Below are positions 43,805-52,544 of a stretch of DNA of 64,000 nucleotides, piece by piece; the first letter of the stretch is position 1, and every line of letters begins with the position of its first letter. Origin of the DNA: Verrucomicrobiota bacterium (lineage in GTDB: Bacteria > Verrucomicrobiota > Verrucomicrobiia > Opitutales > Coraliomargaritaceae); contig JBCBZJ010000002.1 of the NCBI GenBank assembly GCA_039815375.1, forward strand, positions 96,001 to 160,000, given 5' to 3'. A program made the translations under genes and the position numbers. The notes beneath the pieces are model-generated. The model searched no databases. It was not told where the DNA came from and saw only the letters and a program-made list of their open reading frames with translations.

Positions 43805-45105
43805 GTCTCAAGGACAAAGGGCTGCACCATGCTCATCATTCTTTCCGGCACGGAGCCGGTGATGTATGTGCCTTCATCGCGAACTTCCTCCTTGCGCACG
43901 CCGCCTTCACGGTGGATGCGTGCGACCAGATCGTAACGTTCGTGCGGAATGAGTAGTCGCAGCTGAGCGAAGTCCTCTTCAATAACTGATTCCATCTTGT
44001 TGAGTAGTGCCTCAATACCCTCGCCGCTATGGGCACTGACAAAAAAGGCTTCGGGAAACTTGATTGCCAGTTCGGTGCGGTTGCTTTCGTCCCAGAGCGC
44101 GTCGATCTTGTTAAAGACGGTAATCATCTTCTTGTCCTTGGCACCAAGCTCGCCGAGCACGTCCAAGGTTGTTTTTGCGTGAGCTTCTACATCCGGGCTG
44201 TTCACATCCAGCACATGTATCAGGAAATTCGATACGATTGCTTCCTCCAATGTCGCTTTGAAAGCGTCGACCCGGCGGTGGGGAAGATTGCGAACAAAAC
44301 CGACCGTGTCGGTAACGACGAGCGGCTGACCACTAGGGAGCGGGCAACGGCGTGATGTTGGGTCGAGTGTCGCGAAGAGTTTGTCTTCAGCAAGAATTTT
44401 GGAGTTGGTCAGTTTGTTGAGCAGTGAAGACTTGCCGGCATTGGTATAGCCAACGATGGCGCAAGTCGGCACGGGCACAGTCATACGCCTCTTGCGCTGC
44501 ACTTCACGGTGTTGGATAACGTTGTCCAACTCACGCTTTACTCGAGAGATCTGTGTGCGGACCATGCGTTGGTCGAGCTCAAGCTGCGTTTCTCCTGCAT
44601 CACGCTGCATGGCGCCACCGCCGCGTTGACGACTGAGGTGGGTCCACGCACTTTTCAGTCTGGGCAGGTTGTATTCCAGGCGCGCCAATTCGACTTGCAG
44701 AACAGCTTCCTTGGTTTGGGCGCGCTTGCCAAAAATATCAAGAATCACTTCCTGCCGGTCGATGACGAGGATCTTGTCATCAGCGGCTTGTTCCCAGTTA
44801 CGTTGCTGGGCAGGCGTAAGTTCGTTGTCGAAAACAATGACGTCGCAGTTTCGGGACACGGCCTCCTCGATGAGTTCCTCAGCCTTGCCGGAACCGACGA
44901 GAAATTTGGCCTTCGGTTCGCGGATAGAGACCTCGCGTTCATGCACGATGCGGATTTCCAATGTGGTAACGAGCTCGCGCAGTTCGTCCAACAGACCTCG
45001 CGTGGTTTGTTCATCTCCTCCGGGTAGGGTAATGCCAATCAACATGGCCCGTTCGACCATGCGTGGTTTTTCTTTTACGTCGTGCAAGCGATTGAGAGAA
45101 ACCAA
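43801..45105 (-). CDS. hflX: GTPase HflX
   Basis: ILDIF..RA.TKEA.LQVELA, GETQLELD, VGYTNAGKSS, DKLFATLD, DTVGF, NKID. Confidence 0.96.
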   Translation of the reverse strand: MVSLNRLHDVKEKPRMVERAMLIGITLPGGDEQTTRGLLDELRELVTTLEIRIVHEREVSIREPKAKFLVGSGKAEELIEEAVSRNCDVIVFDNELTPAQQRNWEQAADDKILVIDRQEVILDIFGKRAQTKEAVLQVELARLEYNLPRLKSAWTHLSRQRGGGAMQRDAGETQLELDQRMVRTQISRVKRELDNVIQHREVQRKRRMTVPVPTCAIVGYTNAGKSSLLNKLTNSKILAEDKLFATLDPTSRRCPLPSGQPLVVTDTVGFVRNLPHRRVDAFKATLEEAIVSNFLIHVLDVNSPDVEAHAKTTLDVLGELGAKDKKMITVFNKIDALWDESNRTELAIKFPEAFFVSAHSGEGIEALLNKMESVIEEDFAQLRLLIPHERYDLVARIHREGGVRKEEVRDEGTYITGSVPERMMSMVQPFVLET

Positions 45106-45205
45106 AACGGACCGATTATCGAGTGAAAAGGAACCTTAAAGATTATGCTGCTGGAAACAGATTTTATAGTTCACGTTGGCCGTCATGGTGCTTTCAATAT
45201 GAACC

Positions 45206-45895
45206 ATGTTGACTGCGAGTGACTTTTTCGAATTTCCCGATTATCTGCCTTTTGCGGATGTCTTTAAGCCGGAGCTTGCACCGTGGGAATGGGTCTCTCT
45301 GATTAAACAGGCGCTGAAGAATCTGGATGCCAGCCATTTTCACTACGCATGGGAGATTCCTCCCGGTTGCTCGGTCGAAGGCGAGGTTTACATCCATCCA
45401 TCCGTAAAGCTGCCGGCCTTCTGCTCGATTACGGGGCCGGTTTACATCGCTGAAGCCTGTGAGATACGGCCAGGAGCTTTCATTCGCGGCAATGTGATCG
45501 CAGGAAAGAACTGCGTGCTGGGCAATTCCTGTGAGTTCAAGAACTGCCTTTTGCTCGATAGCGTTCAGGTGCCACACTTCAGCTATGTGGGTGACTCAGT
45601 TCTTGGCAACAGGGCACATCTGGGAGCAGGCGTCATTTGCTCCAATCTTCGCCTTGATCAAGCCAATGTGCCGGTTCAGATGCCGGATGGTTCCCGAATC
45701 GATTCAGGAATGCGCAAGCTGGGTGCGCTGGTTGGGGATGAGGCTGAGGCCGGTTGCAATGCGGTGCTTAATCCTGGCTCGATCCTTGGAAAACGGTCAA
45801 CCGTTATGCCGGATATGTCCTTCCGTGGCACGCTTGCTGCGAATCGGATGGCATTTCTGAAAGCTGTGATTCAAACCGCACCACGCACGGACTGA
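45206..45895 (+). CDS. Left-handed beta-helix acyltransferase (GlmU C-terminal-like)
   Basis: IRPGAFIRG, GNSCEFKN, VPHFSYVGDSVLG, RKLGALVGD. Confidence 0.8.
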   Translation: MLTASDFFEFPDYLPFADVFKPELAPWEWVSLIKQALKNLDASHFHYAWEIPPGCSVEGEVYIHPSVKLPAFCSITGPVYIAEACEIRPGAFIRGNVIAGKNCVLGNSCEFKNCLLLDSVQVPHFSYVGDSVLGNRAHLGAGVICSNLRLDQANVPVQMPDGSRIDSGMRKLGALVGDEAEAGCNAVLNPGSILGKRSTVMPDMSFRGTLAANRMAFLKAVIQTAPRTD

Positions 45896-45902
45896 TCGAA
45901 TC

Positions 45903-46541
45903 ATGCAGGTCGCGCTCAAGGCCTATGGTGAAAGAGGATTACTCGCTCATGGTTTGAGCGAGCTGGAGCGTGAAGGACTATGCAGAACGTTGCTTCGAGA
46001 AAGGCCTGTCGGTTGTGTGGAATATGTCGAGGGCTACGACACGGTCCTTTTCGTTTTTGAGCAATCGGTGGCTGTAAGCGATCTGGCGAAGTGGTTTGAT
46101 GGGATTGAACTGCCCCAAACTGCAGAAGCGAAACAGAATATTCATGAGCTGCCCGTGATTTATGATGGGGCAGACCTCAAGTCCGTAGCAGAACAGACCG
46201 GCTTGAGTGAGAGTGAGGTGATCCAAATTCACAGCGCACCTCTCTATACAGTTCGGACGATGGGCTTTTCTCCCGGTTTTTCGTATTTGGACGGGCTGGA
46301 TCCGAGCTTGCATCTGCCGCGCAAGGATTCGCCACGGACCCGTATCGAGCCAGGGTCTGTTGCGATCGGGGGTAGCCATGCAGGAGTCTATTCCGTTGCG
46401 AGTCCGGGTGGTTGGCACTTGCTGGGGCGAACTGAAGTTCAGCTTTTTGACGCTAGAGCTGCTCGTGGTGCTAAGCCTGATCCGAAAAAGGTCTTTCTCC
46501 TCTCTCCGGGTGACCGGATTTGTTTCCAGCCAATTGACTGA
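45903..46541 (+). CDS. pxpB: 5-oxoprolinase subunit B
   Basis: PVIYDGADL, MGFSPGFSYL, PGSVAIGG, SPGGWHLLGRT. Confidence 0.9.
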   Translation: MQVALKAYGERGLLAHGLSELEREGLCRTLLRERPVGCVEYVEGYDTVLFVFEQSVAVSDLAKWFDGIELPQTAEAKQNIHELPVIYDGADLKSVAEQTGLSESEVIQIHSAPLYTVRTMGFSPGFSYLDGLDPSLHLPRKDSPRTRIEPGSVAIGGSHAGVYSVASPGGWHLLGRTEVQLFDARAARGAKPDPKKVFLLSPGDRICFQPID

Positions 46542-47395
46542 TGCCACTTGAGATTCTATCGACTGGCTCTGGGATCGCTTTGCAAGATGGCGGGCGGCGT
46601 GGTTGGCTGCGCTACGGGGTGCCTGCGGGGGGTGCAATGGACCGTCATGCGATGCATGCAGCCAATCGTTTACTCGGTAACAAAGCTGATGCTCCAGTTG
46701 TGGAAGTGTTGATGCAAGGAGCTCGTTTCAGGGCGACCGATGACCTTTGGGTAGCTCTTGCTGGGGCAGATAGCTGTTCCTTGGTAGCAGCATGGTCTGC
46801 AAAAAAAGTGCGTCTTGGTGAGGTGCTCGAGTTTTCCAAGAAGGCGGTTGGATTGTTCGCCTACCTTGCAGTGCCGGGCGGTTTTCAGGCTGAGCATTGG
46901 TTCGGGAGTGTATCGGCTGATCCCAGAAATGGATTGGGGAAAATCATCAGGAAGGGGGACATTGTCGAGCCCTCGGCAAGGCAACCAGGTTTATCCACTG
47001 GTGGCATTGGACGGCGTCTATTGATTGAAGAAGAGCGCAGGAAATATCTTTCCAAGGAGTATTTCAGTCTTTTGCCGGGACCTCAATTCGAGCTTTTTTC
47101 CGCTCAGGCGCGAGAGGCGCTGGTCGTGTCCGAATGGATGGTCTCTCCTAAGTCTGACCGGACCGGTTACCGTCTGCAGGGTCCGTCGATCAGTGTGCCG
47201 GATTCTATTCCCAGCGAGCCGGTCTTGCCGGGGAGCTTTCAAGTTCCGGGCAACGGCAAGCCGATTATTACCATGGTCGATGGGCCGACGGTAGGTGGTT
47301 ATCCTAAAATTGCGGTGCTCAAGGATGTCGACAGGGATCGACTTGCACAATGCGCTCCAGGCACCCAGCTTTTTTTCAAATGGGCCGATTCCTGA
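46541..47395 (+). CDS. pxpC: 5-oxoprolinase subunit C
   Basis: LQDGGR.G..RYGVP.GGAMD, SDRTGYRL, QVPGNGKPII, TVGGYPKI. Confidence 0.9.
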   Translation: MPLEILSTGSGIALQDGGRRGWLRYGVPAGGAMDRHAMHAANRLLGNKADAPVVEVLMQGARFRATDDLWVALAGADSCSLVAAWSAKKVRLGEVLEFSKKAVGLFAYLAVPGGFQAEHWFGSVSADPRNGLGKIIRKGDIVEPSARQPGLSTGGIGRRLLIEEERRKYLSKEYFSLLPGPQFELFSAQAREALVVSEWMVSPKSDRTGYRLQGPSISVPDSIPSEPVLPGSFQVPGNGKPIITMVDGPTVGGYPKIAVLKDVDRDRLAQCAPGTQLFFKWADS

Positions 47396-48090
47396 TTAAC
47401 TGCGACCTTGGAGAGAACGAGTCTGATAAACAGACCGAGGTCTTACTGGACCTGGTTGATGCAGCCAATATTTGTTGCGGGTTACATGCGGGCAGTGCGA
47501 GCAAGACACAAAGAACAATCAAATTGGCTGCAGAAAAGGGGGTTATGATTGGTGCGCACCCGGGCCTTGCCGGGACTGGCGGGCGGGGCCAGGATTTACC
47601 GGAGCCGGATGAGTTTCGAACAATCCTCTCAGAGCAGCTACAGAATTTTCTTACCTACGCAGATCGATATGAGGCTTGGGTCAGTTACATCAAATTGCAC
47701 GGCAGCCTTTATCATGCCGTCGAGCAAAATGAAGCTTATGCGAAGATCTATCTCAAACTACTTCAGGAAACAGGTTCGGGGCTTGGAGTCTTTGCGCTTT
47801 CAGGTGGCAGATTTCAGGAAAGGGCTAAAGCTGAGGGGATAAAGGTTTGGGAAGAAGCTTTTGCCGACCGTGGTTATCAGGTCGATGGTTCATTGGTCCC
47901 ACGTGGACAACCTGGCGCTCTACTGAACAAAGAGGAATCGCTTTTGCGCCTAGGCCAATGGCTCGCCGATCAGACCATTGTGTCAGTGGAGTCTCATCAT
48001 ATTCAACTAGCTGTAGAGACCTTTTGCGTGCATTCGGACACAGTTGATTCAATCCAGCTTCTGGAGGAAATTCGCCGGTTATTCAATTAG
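47380..48090 (+). CDS. pxpA: 5-oxoprolinase subunit A (LamB/YcsF)
   Basis: INCDLGE, ANICCGLHAG, IGAHPG, IKLHGSLY, EAFADRGY, CVHSDT. Confidence 0.9.
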   Translation: MGRFLINCDLGENESDKQTEVLLDLVDAANICCGLHAGSASKTQRTIKLAAEKGVMIGAHPGLAGTGGRGQDLPEPDEFRTILSEQLQNFLTYADRYEAWVSYIKLHGSLYHAVEQNEAYAKIYLKLLQETGSGLGVFALSGGRFQERAKAEGIKVWEEAFADRGYQVDGSLVPRGQPGALLNKEESLLRLGQWLADQTIVSVESHHIQLAVETFCVHSDTVDSIQLLEEIRRLFN

Positions 48091-48148
48091 AGAATATAGA
48101 GTTTCGAAGAACTGAAACACTCGAAGACGGAGTTTTCTACGGTTTACT

Positions 48149-50089
48149 CTAACTCTTTACCAGCTTCAGGAGTTCATCTCTTTCCTCATCGCTGATGCCT
48201 GCATCCAGTATAGCTTCTTCGGCTACTTTCGGATTTTTCTTTAGCAATTGCTGGACTGAGCTTTGCATCATATTCATTCGAGATTTCTCGTTCTCGATGG
48301 TAGAGGACCAAATCAGTGCAGAATCCGGATCATAACGAACGATATTATTGACGAGTCCTTGCACGGCACTGTCCCGCTGCGGACCGGTTTCAAGGCTGGC
48401 GACCCATTCGGAAGCCGCCATCGAATCGGCGTTCATAAACGACTTCGTCACGTCCTGGTAGAGCCGGTCCAGCTGCCCTGGGTCTTCTATGATGTTCTTG
48501 TTCAGCCAATCGATCGCTTCTTCCGGATCCTTTCTGGAAATACTTAAAACGGACATGGAGAGGAATTTGTCTCGTTCTTTTGGGGCTACATCGGAAAGAA
48601 CGTAATTAACTGCCTGTTGCATGTCCTGTACTGCCAGGGTTTGGACCAGAGAGGTCTGCGCATCGTTAAAGGCCTTTTCATCTTCTATACTGTCGACCCA
48701 AGCCAGTGCCCGATCATAGTCGTATTCAGCTAAGGCTCCAGAGACCCATCCAGCTAAACTATTTTCCAAGTAAGCGTTGTCGAGCAAATCCAGTAGTTCT
48801 ATCGCCTTTTCTGGACCATTTTTCTGTATCGAGTTGGTCATCAAGCTGAGGACCGTTTTTCTTTCGTCTTCAAAATCGAGTGAATCCGCGAAATCCATGG
48901 CAGCGGTCAGATCCTGATTTGAAATGATGGACGCAAGCCTACGGATTGCGGTCACTCGGCTTTGGCCCAGCGGGAGATCGAGAACGAAGTCAACCGTCCG
49001 AGCCTGATCCTTGGCCATCATTTGCTCAACAAATCGATGTACATTCTTTTCAGAGCCATTTGCTTCCAGTACTTCGTAGAGCTGTAGCACATCGTCGAAG
49101 CTCCTTCCTTTCAGAAGTCCAAATAAGTCCATATTTTTGATTATCTGGCGTCGTTTTTTGGCGTCAGGCTCTGTATTGATTATGTCTTCAGCTTCTTCAA
49201 TCGTCGCAGGATTATGGTAAACGTTATTGAGAGAAAGTAGAGCTTCACCCACTGAACTATCCATAGGCAACGAATTCAACCAAGCCCTGGCATCAACAGT
49301 ATTTTTATTGCCGTAAATGGTATAAACCAGGCTAATTAAAGCTGAGGTTTTTAGCTTACCTACCGGCAAATTCGAGGCGAGTGATTGGGCACGTGATGGG
49401 TCTGATTTCCCAAGTGAGTTGAAAATATTTCGACAGATATTATCCGATGACACTGTATTCTTGAATTTGGCTTCCTGAATAATCTGCAGGACACGTTCCG
49501 GTCGATACTCCCGTGCCTGGTTCAAGAGGTAGTTGGCCGAGACAGAAAAAAGCATACTATTCGGCAGGTTCTGGAAATATGCCCATGCTGCATCAAAATC
49601 CACTTTGGCAAACTGCCCCATAGCTTCGACGCGCCGTTTCTGGCGAGCATCGTCCTGCGGAAGTGCATCTAGGTAATCAAGCATACCCTTTGGGTCGATT
49701 TCAGCCCAACTTTTAAATAGTCCATTGATAAAAGTCTGGTGCTGTTCTGCTTCCACTCCAATAAGACTGTCGATTACGTCACCATACTCGCTGGTCGACA
49801 ATGATGCCATGGCCGCGTAGACTCTGGCCATTTGTTGGTTTCGTGGAAGGTCATCCAGTAGGCGGAGCCAAACGCCATAGTCACTGATCTCTTCGGTAAG
49901 CATTGGTGCCAGGGGAGCTACACTGGAATTCCCCGGATTTTCATCAACGGAGTAGGATGCGGGAACGCCATCTTCAAAAACGGTGAAGGCCAATGAGGCA
50001 CTCTCACTAGTCTCAGTTTCCTCATGAAACAACAGATAACCCAATCCGGTTCCGGCGAGCAGAGTGAAGACAAACGGTAAAAGCTTCAT
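48149..50089 (-). CDS. Membrane-anchored alpha-helical repeat protein, paralogue 1
   Basis: N-terminal TM segment; recurrent D-P-x-x-A-x-x-W/F units; clearly homologous to the next two ORFs. Confidence 0.75.
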   Translation of the reverse strand: MKLLPFVFTLLAGTGLGYLLFHEETETSESASLAFTVFEDGVPASYSVDENPGNSSVAPLAPMLTEEISDYGVWLRLLDDLPRNQQMARVYAAMASLSTSEYGDVIDSLIGVEAEQHQTFINGLFKSWAEIDPKGMLDYLDALPQDDARQKRRVEAMGQFAKVDFDAAWAYFQNLPNSMLFSVSANYLLNQAREYRPERVLQIIQEAKFKNTVSSDNICRNIFNSLGKSDPSRAQSLASNLPVGKLKTSALISLVYTIYGNKNTVDARAWLNSLPMDSSVGEALLSLNNVYHNPATIEEAEDIINTEPDAKKRRQIIKNMDLFGLLKGRSFDDVLQLYEVLEANGSEKNVHRFVEQMMAKDQARTVDFVLDLPLGQSRVTAIRRLASIISNQDLTAAMDFADSLDFEDERKTVLSLMTNSIQKNGPEKAIELLDLLDNAYLENSLAGWVSGALAEYDYDRALAWVDSIEDEKAFNDAQTSLVQTLAVQDMQQAVNYVLSDVAPKERDKFLSMSVLSISRKDPEEAIDWLNKNIIEDPGQLDRLYQDVTKSFMNADSMAASEWVASLETGPQRDSAVQGLVNNIVRYDPDSALIWSSTIENEKSRMNMMQSSVQQLLKKNPKVAEEAILDAGISDEERDELLKLVKS

Positions 50090-50283
50090 GTAAACAGCTT
50101 GTTATAGTAGGCGATACGGAGTAAATGATTTAAATTTCTACATCATTCTACTTATTACAGTCTTCTGACAAAACTCTATGCTTACAGAAAAAAAAGAGCC
50201 AATGTCTTTTTCCTGTAGTTCCCGGTATGGGAACCCTCACGATTTTTGAATAAACGTGCAGCGAGCCTTTTTTGTGATTTGCT

Positions 50284-52230
50284 TTAACTCTTCACCAGCT
50301 TCAGGAGTTTATCCCTCTCCTCATCGCTAATGTTTGCATCCAGTATGGCTGCTTCGGCTGCTTTCGGATCTTTTTGAAGTAATTGCCGGACAGAGCCTTG
50401 CATCATGTTCATTCGCGATTTTTCATTCTCGATCGTAGAAGACCAAATCAGTGCAGAATCCGGATCATAACGAACGATATTATTGACGAGCCCCTGCACG
50501 GCACTGTCCCGTTGCGGACCGGTTTCAAGGCCAGCGACCCATTCGGAAGCCGCCATTGTGTCGATCCCCATGTATGCACTTGTCACGTCCCGGTAGAGCC
50601 GATCCAGCTGCCTTGGGTCTTCTATGATGTTCTTGTTCAGCCAATCGATCGCTTCTTCCGGATCCTGTTTGGAAATACTCAAAACGGACATGGAGAGGAA
50701 TTTGCCATGTTCTTTTGGGGCTACATCGGAAAGAACGTAATCCACTGCTTGTTGCATGTCCTGTGCTGCCAGGGTTTTGACCAGAGAGGTCTGGGCTTCG
50801 TTAAAGGCCTTTTCATCCTCAATGTTGTTCATCCAGGTCAGTGCCTGACCGTAATCGTATGCGGCCAGATCACTGGAAATGCGTCCAGCGAGTCGCCTTT
50901 CCAGATAAACGTTATCGAGTAAATACAGTTGTTCTATGGCATTTTCCGGGCCGTCTCTCATCATTGAGTTAGCCATTGAGTTGAGGACCGCTTGCCTTTC
51001 GTCTTCAAAATCGAGTGAATTGGCGAAATCCATCGCAGCGGCTACATCATTATTTGCAATCAAGGAGGCAAGATTGCCGATCGCGTTCATTCGGCTCTGG
51101 CCCAGTGGGAGATCGAGAACAAAATCAACTGTCCGGGTCTGATCATCCTTCATCATTTCATTGATAAAGTTGCGTATTCTGCGATTCATCGTCCTCGCAG
51201 GGCTATTTGCTTCCAGCCATTCGTAGGCCTGGAGAACCTCGTCAAAGCTTTTACCGTTCACGAGCTCATAGATATTTAGCCTTTCGATCATCTGACGTCG
51301 TTTTGCGATGTCAGGTTCTGAATTGATCATGAACTCAGCTTCTTCAATCGTCGCAGGATTGTTCAGGCTGTTGAGATAAAGCAGAGCCCGATTGACCGAA
51401 CTGTCCATGGTTAATGACTCCAGCCAGGCCCTGGCGGCTACAGTGTCTTTACCATAAATAGACATAACTAAGCCATTTAAGGCTGAAGTTTTTTGCTGAC
51501 TTGCCAACAAATTCGAGGCAAGCGATTGAGCACGCGATGGGTCCGATTTCGCAATCGAATTGAAAACATCCCGATAGAGGTATTGTAGGTTTTGGTCCTT
51601 TTCAAATTCGGGTTGCTGAAGAATCTGCAGGACCCGTTCCGGATTATACTCCAACGCCATCTTTAAGAAGGAATTGATCGTAACGGCGAAAGGCACGCCA
51701 TCCGGCAGGCTCTGGACGTAAGCCCACGTGGTATTAAAATCAACTCTGGCCAGTTCGTCCAGTGCCTCGGCGCGCCGTTTTTGGCGGGCGTCGTCTCGCG
51801 GAAGTGTATCCAAATAGACAAGTATTCCTTTGGGGTCGGTTTCAGCCCAATTTGCCCATAATTTATCGATAAAGGTCTGGCTTAGTTCTGATTCTACTCC
51901 AACAAGACTGTCGATCACGCGTCCATACTCACTTGTTGATAGCGACGCGACAACGGCGTCCAGCCTAACCGATTGCTGGCTGCGTGGCAGATCGTTGAGC
52001 GAAAAAAGCCAGGCTCCAAAGTCATCGATTTCTTCGATAAGCATTGGTGCCAGAGGAGCTGCACTGGGATTCTCCGGATTTTCGTTAACGGAGTAGGACG
52101 CAGGAACGACATCTTCAAAGATGGAGAGGTCCAATGAGGTATCCTCATTAGTCTCAATTTCCTCATGAAACAACAGATAACCCAATCCAGTTCCAGCAAG
52201 TAGAGCGAAGACAAGCGGTAAAAGCTTCAT
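50284..52230 (-). CDS. Membrane-anchored alpha-helical repeat protein, paralogue 2
   Basis: As paralogue 1; shared C-terminus RYDPDSALIWSSTIEN. Confidence 0.75.
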   Translation of the reverse strand: MKLLPLVFALLAGTGLGYLLFHEEIETNEDTSLDLSIFEDVVPASYSVNENPENPSAAPLAPMLIEEIDDFGAWLFSLNDLPRSQQSVRLDAVVASLSTSEYGRVIDSLVGVESELSQTFIDKLWANWAETDPKGILVYLDTLPRDDARQKRRAEALDELARVDFNTTWAYVQSLPDGVPFAVTINSFLKMALEYNPERVLQILQQPEFEKDQNLQYLYRDVFNSIAKSDPSRAQSLASNLLASQQKTSALNGLVMSIYGKDTVAARAWLESLTMDSSVNRALLYLNSLNNPATIEEAEFMINSEPDIAKRRQMIERLNIYELVNGKSFDEVLQAYEWLEANSPARTMNRRIRNFINEMMKDDQTRTVDFVLDLPLGQSRMNAIGNLASLIANNDVAAAMDFANSLDFEDERQAVLNSMANSMMRDGPENAIEQLYLLDNVYLERRLAGRISSDLAAYDYGQALTWMNNIEDEKAFNEAQTSLVKTLAAQDMQQAVDYVLSDVAPKEHGKFLSMSVLSISKQDPEEAIDWLNKNIIEDPRQLDRLYRDVTSAYMGIDTMAASEWVAGLETGPQRDSAVQGLVNNIVRYDPDSALIWSSTIENEKSRMNMMQGSVRQLLQKDPKAAEAAILDANISDEERDKLLKLVKS

Positions 52231-52505
52231 AATTAAATACTTTGTTGGGGGGAGGTAGCAGGAATAAGTGATTTAAAATACTGCATTATTTTACCCATTA
52301 TAATCTACTAATAAAGTTTATCCTTACGGGAAAAGCGAAATAGACGTCTTTTGGGCTGTTTCCGGTGCGGAAAGCTGGAATTTTGTGGCGGATACGTTGT
52401 CCGGTTGCTCTGGCATGGGTGCCTCGGGCTTGGTCAACGACCTGTCTATTGGTCCGGTTTAGCCATGTTGAGGCATATGCGGACAGTGTGGTAGGGCTTC
52501 GAAGA

Positions 52506-52536
52506 GCAAAAAGGCTCGAGGGCTGAGCTTTTTTGC
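52506..52536. terminator. Bidirectional-type intrinsic terminator after paralogue 3
   Basis: GCAAAAAGGCTC-GAGGGCT-GAGCTTTTTTGC. Confidence 0.7.
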
Positions 52537-52544
52537 GATTCATT

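Noticed and set aside
44265..44290. HflX LPHRRV where LPHxLV is usual
   Set aside because: A single substitution (CGG versus CTG) that cannot be distinguished from a sequencing error or neutral variant.
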